NCBI GenBank assembly: GCA_002269645.1
Contig: NIVC01000522.1
Location: 124,001-188,000 of the forward strand
Source of the DNA: Macrostomum lignano
Lineage: Eukaryota
Length of the DNA stretch: 64,000 bases
Reading direction: 5' to 3'
The position numbers and the translations under genes are program-made. Numbering within the stretch: the first letter of the stretch is position 1; the number at the start of each line of letters is the position of its first letter. Shown piece after piece: positions 27,722 through 40,500 of the stretch. Below the pieces are notes generated by a model. The model was not told the DNA's origin, did no database searches, and was given only the letters and a program-made list of their open reading frames with translations.

Positions 27722-27921
27722 ATGTATCGCTCATGTATAGTAGGTTTAACATGGACTGCTGAAGCAGGAATTTCGTAGGTAGAACTAACTGATTTTAGCA
27801 ATAAATTAGCCAAATCACACTCTTGGACTTCCGGACACAACTCTTGAAGGAAAAGAGACAAGTATTCGTTCTGTCCGAAGTGCACTCGGTGCAAGAGCAG
27901 CTGGTAGCGTTCTTCCGCTTT
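27722..27921 (-). CDS. Candidate orphan internal exon (KAEERYQLLLHRVHFGQNEY...)
   Basis: Open frame of 66 codons bounded by TCTAG| and |GTACGT. No recognisable homology. May belong to the cGLR-like locus. Confidence 0.25.
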
Positions 27922-28106
27922 CTAGATTTTCATGAAATTTAAACCAAACGCGCAATTTTGATTTAGTTGTTTTTATCGTTGATTGATTGATTGATTCAAT
28001 CCAGATTTTTAGGCTTGCCAGTCAGATACATTACAGTAGCGTATGCTATTGAAGAATAACGTACATGTACTCGTGTTTGTCCTGCAAAATAAAATAAGTT
28101 ACACTT

Positions 28107-29345
28107 GTTGGCGCCCCTGTCTCTTTGTTGGCGCCCCGTCTCTTGGTGGGCGCCCCTGTCTCTTTGTTGGGCCCCTGTCTCTTGGTGGGCGCCCCTGTCT
28201 CTTGGTGGGGCCCCTGTCTCTTGGTGGGCGCCCCTGTCTCTTGGTGGGCCCCTGTCTCTTGGTAGGCGCCCCTGTCTCTTGGTAGGCGCCCCTGTCTCTT
28301 GGTGGGCGCCCGTCTCTTGGTGGGCCCCTGTCTCTTGGTAGGCGCCCCTGTCTCTTGGTAGGCGCCCCTGTCTCTTGGTGGGCGCCCGTCTCTTGGTGGG
28401 CCCCTGTCTCTTGGTAGGCGCCCCTGTCTCTTGGTAGGCGCCCCTGTCTCTTGGTGGACGCCCGTCTCTTGGTGGGTGCCCCTGTCTCTTGGTGGGCCCC
28501 TGTCTCTTGGTGGGCGCCCGTCTCTTGGTGGGTGCCCCTGTCTCTTGGTGGGCGCCCGTCTCTTGGTGGGTGCCCCTGTCTCTTGGTGGGTGCCCCATGT
28601 CTCTTGGTGGGTGCCCCCTGTCTCTTGGTGGGCGCCCCTGTCTCTTGGTGGGCGCCCCTGTCTCTTGGTGGGCCCCTGTCTCTTGGTAGGCGCCCCTGTC
28701 TCTTGGTAGGCGCCCCTGTCTCTTGGTGGGCGCCCGTCTCTTGGTGGGCCCCTGTCTCTTGGTAGGCGCCCCTGTCTCTTGGTAGGCGCCCCTGTCTCTT
28801 GGTGGGCGCCCGTCTCTTGGTGGGCCCCTGTCTCTTGGTAGGCGCCCCTGTCTCTTGGTAGGCGCCCCTGTCTCTTGGTGGACGCCCGTCTCTTGGTGGG
28901 TGCCCCTGTCTCTTGGTGGGCCCCTGTCTCTTGGTGGGCGCCCGTCTCTTGGTGGGTGCCCCTGTCTCTTGGTGGGCGCCCGTCTCTTGGTGGGTGCCCC
29001 TGTCTCTTGGTGGGTGCCCCATGTCTCTTGGTGGGTGCCCCCTGTCTCTTGGTGGGCGCCCCTGTCTCTTGATGGGTGCCCCTGTCTCTTGGTGGGTGCC
29101 CCCTGTCTCTTGGTGGGCGCCCCTGTCTCTTGATGGGTGCCCCTGTCTCTTGGTGGGCCCCTGTCTCTTGGTGGGCGCCCGTCTCTTGGTGGGTGCCCCT
29201 GTCTCTTGGTGGGCGCCCGTCTCTTGGTGGGTGCCCCTGTCTCTTGGTGGGCGCCCCTGTCTCTTGGTGGGGCGCCCCTGTCTCTTGGTGGGCGCCCCTG
29301 TCTCTTGGTGGGGCGCCCCTGTCTCTTGGTGGGGCGCCTCTGTCT
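28107..29345 (-). repeat. 17-21-bp variant array of the GAGACAGGGGCGCCCACCAA minisatellite
   Basis: Read directly. Shows higher-order block duplications. Confidence 0.95.
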
Positions 29346-29987
29346 CCTAGCGTGTGGATGCCCCGTCCAACAGGAGGTGGCAAACGTTGAGGTCCTGCAA
29401 TTCATTGAGCTTGGTTGCCTATTTTTCATTCTGCTTTCCGAGAAGCGCAATTGTTGTGGAGGCCACGGCCCCTTCTAAGAACGTGAACGTTATGTGGCTG
29501 TCAAATGGCTGTCAAATCAGCAACTAACAAGTTTGTCATCGGAGACCCGTGTCCCCCAGCGCACGGCTGTACTTGTTAACTTTTATTTCTCAAACCGACA
29601 CAATAGCATAAAATCTGATATGAAAGATTAACTACTAATTACTTGCCAGCATTACTGTTAGTAGCATAGAGGCACATATCAAAAGCAAAGATTTATTAAA
29701 AATCTATATGCATAATTTTATTTAGGTAAATTTCATTAGCATGTCAAAGTGCTTGCAGTACGCAATAACAGGCTAAATATGCTCTGTGCGGCAATAATCA
29801 AGAGTAAAAAGTATCCACATACCTGCATGCAATGCGTGTTATTAATAACACAAAAATTGAATTCTACTACCCAGAGTAGTTTTGTCCGGAAGCTCACGGC
29901 AAGCCAAGATAAATGAGTAGAGAGAAGAGAGGTAAGCGCATGAACTTTGGATATTTGCACAGAATAAGCAAAACAATTCACATATTA

Positions 29988-30946
29988 GCTCTGACAGCTG
30001 CTTACAGACTGCTCTGACAGCTGCTTACAGACTGCTCTGACAGCTGCTTACAGACTGCTCTGACAGCTGATTACAGACTGCTCTGACAGCTGATTACAGA
30101 CTGCTCTGACAGCTGCTTACAGACTGCTCTGACAGCTGCTTACAGACTGCTCTGACAGCTGCTTACAGACTGCTCTGACAGCTGCTTACAGACTGCTCTG
30201 ACAGCTGCTTACAGACTGCTCTGACAGCTGCTTACAGACTGCTCTGACAGCTGCTTACAGACTGCTCTGACAGCTGATTACAGACTGCTCTGACAGCTGC
30301 TTACAGACTGCTCTGACAGCTGCTTACAGACTGCTCTGACAGCTGCTTACAGACTGCTCTGACAGCTGCTTACAGACTGCTCTGACAGCTGCTTACAGAC
30401 TGCTCTGACAGCTGCTTACAGACTGCTCTGACAGCTGCTTACAGACTGCTCTGACAGCTGATTACAGACTGCTCTGACAGCTGCTTACAGACTGCTCTGA
30501 CAGCTGCTTACAGACTGCTCTGACAGCTGCTTACAGACTGCTCTGACAGCTGCTTACAGACTGCTCTGACAGCTGCTTACAGACTGCTCTGACAGCTGAT
30601 TACAGACTGCTCTGACAGCTGCTTACAGACTGCTCTGACAGCTGCTTACAGACTGCTCTGACAGCTGATTACAGACTGCTCTGACAGCTGCTTACAGACT
30701 GCTCTGACAGCTGCTTACAGACTGCTCTGACAGCTGATTACAGACTGCTCTGACAGCTGCTTACAGACTGCTCTGACAGCTGCTTACAGACTGCTCTGAC
30801 AGCTGATTACAGACTGCTCTGACAGCTGCTTACAGACTGCTCTGACAGCTGCTTACAGACTGCTCTGACAGCTGATTACAGACTGCTCTGACAGCTGCTT
30901 ACAGACTGCTCTGACAGCTGCTTACAGACTGCTCTGACAGCTGATT
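29988..30946. repeat. 23-bp highly homogeneous minisatellite CTGCTCTGACAGCTG(C/A)TTACAGA
   Basis: Read directly, ~41 copies. Confidence 0.95.
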
Positions 30947-31518
30947 ATTACAGACAAAAAATGACATACCGGTAAAAGTAAAATTGAGAATTGTCCAGTT
31001 TAATCACACAGACGAACAAATAAAGCTCAACAGCAGGATATTCTAAAGCAGACAGACGGTAGGTAAAATAATTTGAACAGAACTTAGCGATAAAATCTGA
31101 CCCAGTCATCAGATCAACTAAAAATAAACTAAAAATTGAAAACAACTCATACTACCTCAAGTAGTAAGCCAAGAAAACAAATCGACACGCAAATGAGGAT
31201 AAAAAATTTATGTAAAAAATCATAATTATCGACAATAAAACATTTTGTAAAAAAACAGACGGACAATTTAATAGGATAATATTCACAACTGACTACTGCT
31301 TGAATCTTTGGGGCGCTTTGCATTCAATTGTTAACAAAAAATCAATGCATATACTACTAATGCAGCTTTAGTCAGTAGTGCAGTAACAGTATGTGCAGCT
31401 GTAGATAAAAATTAAATAACCACCAATGAATAAAACTGAATTCAAAGTAACTTCCACTACAGTATTGATACTTTGCCGACAAACAAACAAAACATGCTTA
31501 TTTTGTAATCATTCACTA

Positions 31519-31614
31519 CTCATCAGTGACGTCATCACTCATCAGTGACGTCATCACTCATCAGTGACGTCATCACTCATCAGTGACGTCATCACTCATC
31601 AGTGACGTCATCAG
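31519..31614. repeat. 19-bp repeat x5, each unit containing the palindrome TGACGTCA
   Basis: TGACGTCA at 31527, 31546, 31565, 31584 and 31603. Confidence 0.9.
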
Positions 31615-31786
31615 TCTAAAAGTATATTAAAACACATGAGTAGAAACGAAGAGGTAATAAATTATTCTATAATTAATTTAGAATTTTCTCTATTTAAAAA
31701 CACACCATTTAAAACAATAATTAATTTTCTAATTAATTTTTACACAAAAAAGTTATTTACACAACATATCGGCAGATGTAGACGGG

Positions 31787-34700
31787 TCAGCGCTGGCCAT
31801 GATAGCCGAAGCCGCCATTCAGCGAGGCTCCGTGATCCACCGAGGCCCTGCCGGCGGCGCTACCACGCAGAGGCGAGGGAATCCGGCCGCCTTGTTGCTG
31901 CACAGGCCGCGGCAAACCCATCTGGCCGCTGGAGGCCCGTCTGGCGCCGCCAACGCCGCCACCGCCGCCGGGTGGCACCGGGGAGGCGGTCTGGTTCGGC
32001 CTTGGCAGCATGCTGGACCGCTGCTGGGCGACAACCGGAGTGACGGAGGCAGGCCGAGATGGCAGCTGCGGTGAAGGGAGTCAGTGAATGCAAAGTTTAG
32101 TCTCAAGCACTGTTAAAATGTGCTGTTTAAACACAATAATGAACTTAATAAACATACGGCACTTTGAGCCAGCACCTGCTGCTGATGGTGATACTGCTGC
32201 TGTTGCTGGGCAGAAGCAGCTGAGGCGCCTCTGTACGCCTGGCCCATCGCGCTCGAGGGCCGCTGGTGCTGCAGCTGCTGCTGGGCCGGCCTGGCTGGCA
32301 AAGTCCTGCGCTGCCGCTGATGCCCGCTCTCAGGTGCCGAGTGGTGCAGCCCAGCCGGTCCTGCGGCCCCCACTGCCAGCTGGTGCGACTGCTGCTGATG
32401 CGGCTGAGAGGCTGCCAAATCGTCAGTTGAGCCGGTTGAACTGGCTATGCTCAGCTGCGACCGCGACCGACTCACCTGCCATTGTGCATCAAAAGTCCAA
32501 GCTGACCTTTGCTACTGTTATAGGTTGGATTTCCCTGACCCTTCAACCCTCACAACACAACCCTTCAACCCTTTCCAACCCTGACCCTTGAACCCTTCAC
32601 AACCCTGACCCTTGAACCCTTCACAACCCTGACCCTTCGGTTTCAACACTTCACAACCCTGACCCTTCGGTTTCAACCCTTCACAACCCTGATCCTTCGG
32701 TTTCAACACTTCACAACCCTGACCTTTCAACCCTTCACAACCCTGATCCTTCGGTTTCAACCCTTCACAACCCTGATCCTTCGGTTTCAACCCTTCACAA
32801 CCCTGAACTTTCAACCCTTCACAACCCTGACCTTTCAACCCTTCACAACCCTGATCCTTCGGTTTCAACCCTTCACAACCCTGACCTTTCAACCCTTCAC
32901 AACCCTGACCTTTCAACCCTTCACAACCCTGACCTTTCAACCCTTCACAACCCTGACCTTTCAACCCTTCACAACCCTGATCCTTCGGTTTCAACCCTTC
33001 ACAACCGTGACCCTTGAACCCTTCACAACCCTGACCCTTGAACCCTTCACAACCCTGACCCTTCGGTTTCAACACTTCACAACCCTGACCCTTCGGTTTC
33101 AACCCTTCACAACCCTGACCCTTCGGTTTCAACCCTTCACAACCCTGATCCTTCGGTTTCAACACTTCACAACCCTGACCTTTCAACCCTTCACAACCCT
33201 GACCTTTCAACCCTTCACAACCCTGATCCTTCGGTTTCAACCCTTCACAACCCTGACCCTTCGGTTTCAACCCTTCACAACCCTGACCCTTCAACCCCTC
33301 CATCACGCAGCACGGCATCCTTAAAACCCACCTGCTGCCTCAGCGCATCAATCTGCATCTTGGCCACAATCTGCACATCCGTGAGGTCGTGCAGCCGCTC
33401 CTGCGAGCTCGTCGACGCCCCGATGCCACCGTCAGCTGAATCCTCGTAGCCTCCGCCTCCGCCACCGCCGCCTCCAGCACCAACCGGCGCGGTTCCGGCG
33501 CTGACTCCGCGAGAATGCGGCCGGCGGAAGGTCCTGGAATCAAATCCCGGAGATGCCCCGCTAGCTGACGAGTAGCCGTTGTTGCCGCCGGCACTGCTGA
33601 CTGCGGCAGCCGGGGAGTTCAGCTGGCGGTACAGCGACGATCGACCGTCTGGACGCTGACGCTCATCAGAGCCAGCAGCTGATGGACTGTTGAGCTCGGT
33701 GGCAGCAGCGGGGGCAACGGGCGAGGCGGGGCTGCAGGGCGCGAGGCGGCCGATCAAGGCGAGTTCGTTCAGCTTGGCCAGCAGGCTGCTGCCGCCGCGT
33801 TTGTGCCGCAGGTGCTGACCGGCGTCTGGCGTCTGGGGTTTGGCGAGTTCCAGATTCAATTGAATGAGTCAGAAGTGGCTCGGAACTGCGAAGTGAACTG
33901 CGATATCGGATAACAGAGTCTGAGATCAGCTGAGATTTAGGGGTGAGATTAGAGTAAGTCAGGTGATAAGACGATATGAGTCAGAGGATGGAAATGAGAT
34001 GAGAGTCAGAGAGGTGAGATCAGATGAGAGCTAGGGGTGAGATCAGATGAGAGCCAGGGTGTGAGATCAAATGAGAGTCAGGGGTCAGATCGGATAAGAT
34101 TCAGGGGTGAGATCAGACGAGATTCAGGAGTGAGATCAGACGAGAGTCAGGGGTGAGATCACATGAGAGTCAGGGGATGAGGTCAGATGAGAGTCAGGGG
34201 ATGAGATCACATGAGAGTCAGGGGGTGAGATCACATGAGAGTCAGGGGATGAGATCAGATGAGAGTCAGGGGATGAGATCAGATGAGAGTCAGGGGGTGA
34301 GATCACATGAGAGTCAGGGGATGAGATCAGATGAGAGTCAGGGGATGAGATCAGATGAGAGTCAGGGGTGAGATCACATAAGAGTCAGGGGATCAGATCA
34401 GATGAGAGTCAGGGGGTGAGATCACATGAGAGTCAGGGGATGAGATCAGATGAGAGTCAGGGGTGAGATCACATGAGAGTCAGGGGATGAGATCAGATGA
34501 GAGTCAGGGGGTGAGATCACATGAGAGTCAGGGGGTGAGATCACATGAGAGTCAGGGGGTGAGATCACATGAGAGTCAGGGGATGAGATCAGATGAGAGT
34601 CAGGGGTGAGATCACATGAGAGTCAGGGGATGAGATCAGATGAGAGTCAGGGGGTGAGATCACATGAGAGTCAGGGGGTGAGATCACATGAGAGTCAGGG

Positions 34701-35320
34701 GGTGAGATCACATGAGAGTCAGGGGATGAGATCAGATGAGAGTCAGGGGGTGAGATCACATGAGAGTCAGGGGATGAGATCAGATGAGAGTCAGGGGGTG
34801 AGATCACATGAGAGTCAGGGGATGAGATCAGATGAGAGTCAGGGGGTGAGATCACATGAGAGTTAAGGGTTAGATCAGATGAGAGTCAGGGGTGAGAGTC
34901 AAACAATCATCAGCTCACCGTGTAGCCGTCAGCGCCACTAGCGGAGCCAGCCAGCCAGTCCAGGGTGGGCAGGGGTCTCTGACCTCCCCTGGCCGCAGCC
35001 AGGCTGGAGCTGAGATGCTGAGACCTGAACAGCCATTGCTCCTCATCCCCGCCGGCAGCGGCTGGGTCCAGATCCCACTCGCTGAACGAGATTCGCCTGT
35101 GCCGAGCGGAATGGGACCCCACCTGAGAGTTCGCCGAGGGCGACCCCTGACGATGCTGATGATGAGGCGGAGATTCTGGAGGCGGAGGGAACTTAACTGT
35201 GGGAGAAAGCTGCTGTTGCTGTTGCTGCTGCTGCTGGGACCTAATCCGGTCGTTCTGTTCTTCGAGTTTGCGAACCAGATCCTGCAGTTTCTGCACGTCC
35301 GCCTGGGGCGATGGATCCAT
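31787..35320 (-). CDS. SLAIN2: SLAIN motif-containing microtubule plus-end protein, 4 exons, ~499 aa
   Basis: Exons 35320-34919, 33832-33332 (acceptor less certain), 32475-32158 and 32065-31787, all phase 0 with GT-AG. Motifs DVQKLQDLVRKLEEQN, SLLAKLNE, LHDLTDVQIVAKMQIDALRQ and SxIP-like SMLP / GRIP. Orthologue of the SLAIN1/2 family. Confidence 0.82.
32535..33300. repeat. 21/27-bp minisatellite filling SLAIN intron 2
   Basis: Units CCCTTCACAACCCTGAC(CCTTCGG)TTTCAA. Confidence 0.92.
33995..34897. repeat. 24-bp minisatellite filling SLAIN intron 1
   Basis: Units GAGATCA(C/G)ATGAGAGTCAGGGG(G/A)T. Confidence 0.93.
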
Positions 35321-35597
35321 AAAAATGGTGAGCTGTTGGAATTTCTGTTTGCTTTACTGTTACTCTTCAATGCTGACCGACTTTTGCTGTCTGAAAAATA
35401 ATGAAAAATACTATGTTTACTACTTTGATGAGTAATAAAATGCGTTTTCAGACACTGAAAGCAAGACAATTATGCAAAAATCCATATTGGAAGGTTATGC
35501 AAATTGAGGGGGTGGACAGGGGTCCCCCACTGTACCTCTAAAAACTAAATAAGAGAGGCAACAAACTCTACTTTTGCACACCTAATGAAAGTGGCAT

Positions 35598-36124
35598 CCA
35601 GAGACAGGGGCGCCCACCAAGAGAAATGGGCGCCCAAAAAGACAGGGACGCCCACCAAGAGACAGGGGCGCCCACCAAGAGACAGGGGGGCCCACCAAGA
35701 GACAGGGGGGGGGGCACCAAGAGACAGGGGGCCCACCAAGAGACAGGGGGGCCCACCAAGAGACAGGGGGGCCCACCAAGAGACAGGGGGGCCCACCAAG
35801 AGACAGGGGCGCCCACCAAGAGACAGGGGCGCCCACCAAGAGACAGGGGCGCCCACCAAGAGACAGGGGGGCCCACCAAGAGACAGGGGGGCCCACCAAG
35901 AGACAGGGGGGGCCACCAAGAGACAGGGGGGCCCACCAAGAGACAGGGGGGCCCACCAAGAGACAGGGGCGCCCACCAAGAGACAGGGGCGCCCACCAAG
36001 AGACAGGGGGGGGGGCCACCAAGAGACAGGGGGCCCACCAAGAGACAGGGGCGCCCACCAAGAGACAGGGGGGGGCCACCAAGAGACAGGGGGCCCACCA
36101 AGAGACAGGGGCGCCCACCAAGAA
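35598..36124 (+). repeat. 20-bp GAGACAGGGG(G/C)GCCCACCAA minisatellite
   Basis: Fourth array of this family. Confidence 0.94.
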
Positions 36125-36659
36125 ACCCTGGCTCGAGTCAGATCACTGAGCAGTTCTAGATTATCACTAACAACAAAATTTTATAAATAACAAGACCATA
36201 AACTGTTAATTAAAAGCACAAAAACTATTAATCAGCATCAATGATCGGAATTAGTTTATATTCAAGATTTTAAAATTACTCAAACTACTCATAAATTGAT
36301 GTTCAAAACCATAAATAAAGTGAGGATGACTCGGACAGCTTATAACACAGACCATGAAGTGTCAGTCACCAGCTATTACAGACAGACAGACAACAGACAA
36401 ACAAATACAAAAACAATTATAAGAAAGTTTCGAACAAAACAGAACAGAACACAGGCACTAAAAATGAATAGACAGTACAGAATTCTTAACAGCACTGCCG
36501 AAGCAAGCAAGCTTACTGTCAGTAATGGAGAAACAAATTAACGTGAATATTTAAATTTCAAACAAAATATAGCAGGTAAATAAATAATATAATGATTTAT
36601 GAATCTTGGAAAACGTAGTGCATTTATATATACTAAGCGATTTTCATGATAGGGTAATT

Positions 36660-37045
36660 TTCCCTCAAGACGATTAAGGGGGTTTCCCTCAAGGCCATTA
36701 AGGGGATTTCCCTCAAGGCTATTAAGGGGTTTCCCTCAAGGCCATTAAGGGGATTTCCCTCAAGGCGATTAAGGGGGTTTCCATCAAGGCCATTAAGGGG
36801 GTTTCCCTCAAGGCCATTAAGGGGGTTTCTTTCAAGGCCATTAAGGGGGTTTTCCTCAAGGCCATTAAGGGGATTTCCCTCAAGGCGATTAAGGGGGTTT
36901 CCATCAAGGCCATTAAGGGGGTTTCCCTCAAGGCCATTAAGGGGGTTTCCCTCAAGGCCATTAAGGGGGTTTCCCTCAAGGCCATTAAGGGGGTTTCCCT
37001 CAAGGCCATTAAGGGGGTTTCCTTTAAGCCCGTTTTAAGGGGAAC
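36660..37045. repeat. 24-bp minisatellite AAGGCCATTAAGGGGGTTTCCCTC
   Basis: Read directly. Confidence 0.92.
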
Positions 37046-37595
37046 GGGGCAATTTTCCCTCATGGCGATTATCCAAAAAACATCATAAACACAATATTAA
37101 ATTATTAGATTACCTGAAACCACAGAAAAGTGGAGCGGAGCATATTGATATTGATGCTACAACTATGAGCAACATAGCAAGGCAGATGCAGACCTACAAC
37201 AAGGAACGTATTTTATGTCTCTTATCTGGCCGCAGTAGAATGAAAGACGCGCAACAATTTGAAAGTTGAAGAAACCAAGCAAAGGGAGCACAAATTATTA
37301 AACCAGATCAGTCAGTTGGTGCACGTATCAGAGGAATAGAGGCCAGCCACTCCTGAGGCTCATTGGCACCAAACAATATATCATTACGCGATTTAAAACA
37401 CATTAGGCCGCAGAACAGACTTACTGACACTAAAACCGAATAAACTGAAACCAATATGAGGCTCAATAAAACACCACATGTACACATACATATATATGAA
37501 TGATTGTGATCATAATAAATTATTAATTCTATTGCGATCGGGACAGAAGAAACAAAAAAAATCGATAAATAGATAAAATATTGATTTTCTTCCTG

Positions 37596-40500
37596 TCAAA
37601 GATCGATAACGCTACCATGACAACAGGAGCATTGCATAACGTGGACAGAATCCTTTGTGGCGTCATCATGCAGCTGGGAGATGATGTCCAGTATGCGATT
37701 GGCTGCGAGACTCTGCTGCTGCACTGGTGGATCTTCAGAAGAACCACTTTGAGGGTTGCTAAAGCTGGTGTGAACTCCTTCCATAACGGGTCGCTGTTGA
37801 TGAAGCGACTCTGCGGCCGCATATGTCGAGGAGTCTGGAGATTGAGATGCCAACTGCTGGAGCTGATGAAGCTGCTGCTGAGGCTGGGAATGCATCAGAT
37901 TTCTAACGAGAGTTTCCAACTCGGACAACTTAAGCCGCATCTGCTCCTTCTCAGCGGCCAGTTGAGTCAGGGAGGCCTCCTTCTCCAGTTCGCGCTGGTG
38001 CAGCTGGGACCGCTGGTACTGGTACAGGGTGACGTACTCGCCTATGGTCTCAGTCTCAATCTCCAGCTGCATCAGGGTGTGCTCAAGGCGCTCCTTCTCG
38101 TCCTGCAGTTGGGCGACTCGCTGAAAGGGGTAAAATAGCAGCCATTTATTCACTCTATCAATCATTTAATAACTTTATCAATCATTTATTCACTCTATCA
38201 ATCATTTATTCACTCTATCAATCATTTAATAACTTTATCAATCATTTATTCACTCTATCAATCATTTATTCACTGTATCAATCATTTATTCACTCTATCA
38301 ATCATTTATTCACTCTATCAATCATTTAATAACTTTATCAATCATTTATTCACTCTATCAATCATTTATTCACTGTATCAATCATTTATTCACTCTATCA
38401 ATCATTTATTCACTCTATCAATCATTTAATAACTTTATCAATCATTTATTCACTCTATCAATCATTTATTCACTGTATCAATCATTTATTCACTCTATCA
38501 ATCATTTATTCACTCTATCAATCATTTAATAACTCTATCAATCATTTAATAACTTTATCAATCATTTATTCACTCTATCAATCATTTATTCACTCTATCA
38601 ATCATTTAATAACTTTATCAATCATTTATTCACTCTATCAATCATTTTATAACTCTATCAATCATTTATTCACTCTATCAATCATTTATTCACTCTATCA
38701 ATCATTTATTCACTCTATCAATCATTTAATAACTCTATCAATCATTTATTCACTCTATCAATCATTTATTCACTGTATCAATCATTTATTCACTCTATCA
38801 ATCATTTATTCACTCTATCAATCATTTAATAACTTTATCAATCATTTATAACTCTATCAATCATTTATTCACTCTATCAATCATTTATTCACTCTATCAA
38901 TCATTTATTCACTCTATCAATCATTTAATAACTCTATCAATCATTTATTCACTCTATCAATCATTTAATCACTGTATCAATCATTTAATCACTCTATTAA
39001 TCATAAAATCACTCTGTCAATCATGAAATTACTTTAGCAATCATGAAATCATTTTAACAATCATTTAATCACTCAATCAGTCATGAAATCAGTCAATCAA
39101 TCATGAAATCACTCAATCAATCATGAACTCACTCCATCAATCATGAAATCACTCAATCAGTCATGAAATCAGTCAATCAATCATGAAATCGCTCAATCAA
39201 TCATGCAATCACTCTGTCAATCACCGAACCATCTAACACAAACAAAACAATTACAAGCGCCTCACATCCATAGCCTGATGAAATTTCTCCTCCAATTGAC
39301 GGCGCGCTCGCTGCATCTCCTCGAACTCCGCCCGGCTGACGTGCGGCACAGCGGCAGCATCGGACGGGCTGGCAGCCTCAGCCGCCGCGTTGGCTTTCAA
39401 CTCTTCCACAGTTTTCAGCAGAGCGTTTCTCTCGCTCTCCAGCTGGTCAACGCTGGTCTGCAGGGTGGCCGTGGACTGGGTGCGGGACCGGCCGCCGTCG
39501 ACTACCTCAGCTCCGGCGGCAGCTGTTGGTGCCTCATCCTCGGAGTTGGCCGTATTGGCCTGCGATTTTGATGTGGCCGAAGCCTGTTGCTGCTGTTGCT
39601 GCTGGCTACGGTAGAGCAGCGCCTTAAGCTCACTGTTGCTGGCCGTCAGCTGATTGACGCGAGCTTGGGCAGCCGCCAGCTCCTGGCTGAGCCGCTGCTG
39701 AGCTTCAACGGCAGCGGCCGCGTCGGCACTTGACGGCGAAGCGCCCGATACGGCGCCGGGACTGTCCTGGAATAGCCGATATGTATCGAAAGTTATTATA
39801 AAGTAAAATAACATTTAAAGTTAACACAGGGTTATATAACTGTCGATATGTATCGAAAAAGAACAAAAATACGGTTATCTTATATCTCGTATAACCGATA
39901 TGTATCGAAAGTTAAAATAGCATGACATAAAACTAGAATAGGATTGTATAATAGCCGATATGTATCGAAAGATAACATAGGGGTTGTTTAAAAGTCGACA
40001 TGCATCGAAATATCCTAGTGATAGGACAAATTTTTGCATATATACAGAAGGCTATTGCAGTAAAATGAGCCACGTGCCGATATGTATCGAAAAAATAATA
40101 CACTGCCTAAACTACGCCGATAAGTACAAGCTATCGAATATAAACATTTAACCGTAATTACTATACAACTTGATATTGATGCTGCATACCGAAGTGAACT
40201 GAAATTCAATTTTACAACGAAACATACACTACCGATATGTATCGAAAACTTAGAAATTCAGTATACACAGACAAGCGTGTCTTACCGGCTGGCGGTACAG
40301 CAGAGTCTCCCTAGCGCTCTGATAGGCCAATTTGACAGCTCGCAGCTCTTCCTCCCGAGCTGACAGATCCTGGCGCAGTTCGCGCAGTTCATCCTCCTGC
40401 TCGCCCAGGCGGCTGGCCAGCTCCTTAGCCAGGTGCTGCTCAGCCTGCAGCTGCTGGGTGAGCTCGGCGCCGCGATTCGAAGCCGCCACAAAGCCAGTCT

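Noticed and set aside
31519-31614. Hammerhead core CTGATGAG on the minus strand of the 19-bp repeat
   Set aside because: No stem II or GAAA partner. It is a by-product of the repeat unit.
39776-40247. True CRISPR array
   Set aside because: The repeat is only 16 bp, spacers vary from 24 to 93 nt, there are no cas genes or leader, and it lies in a spliceosomal intron. Kept as an unexplained repeat array instead.
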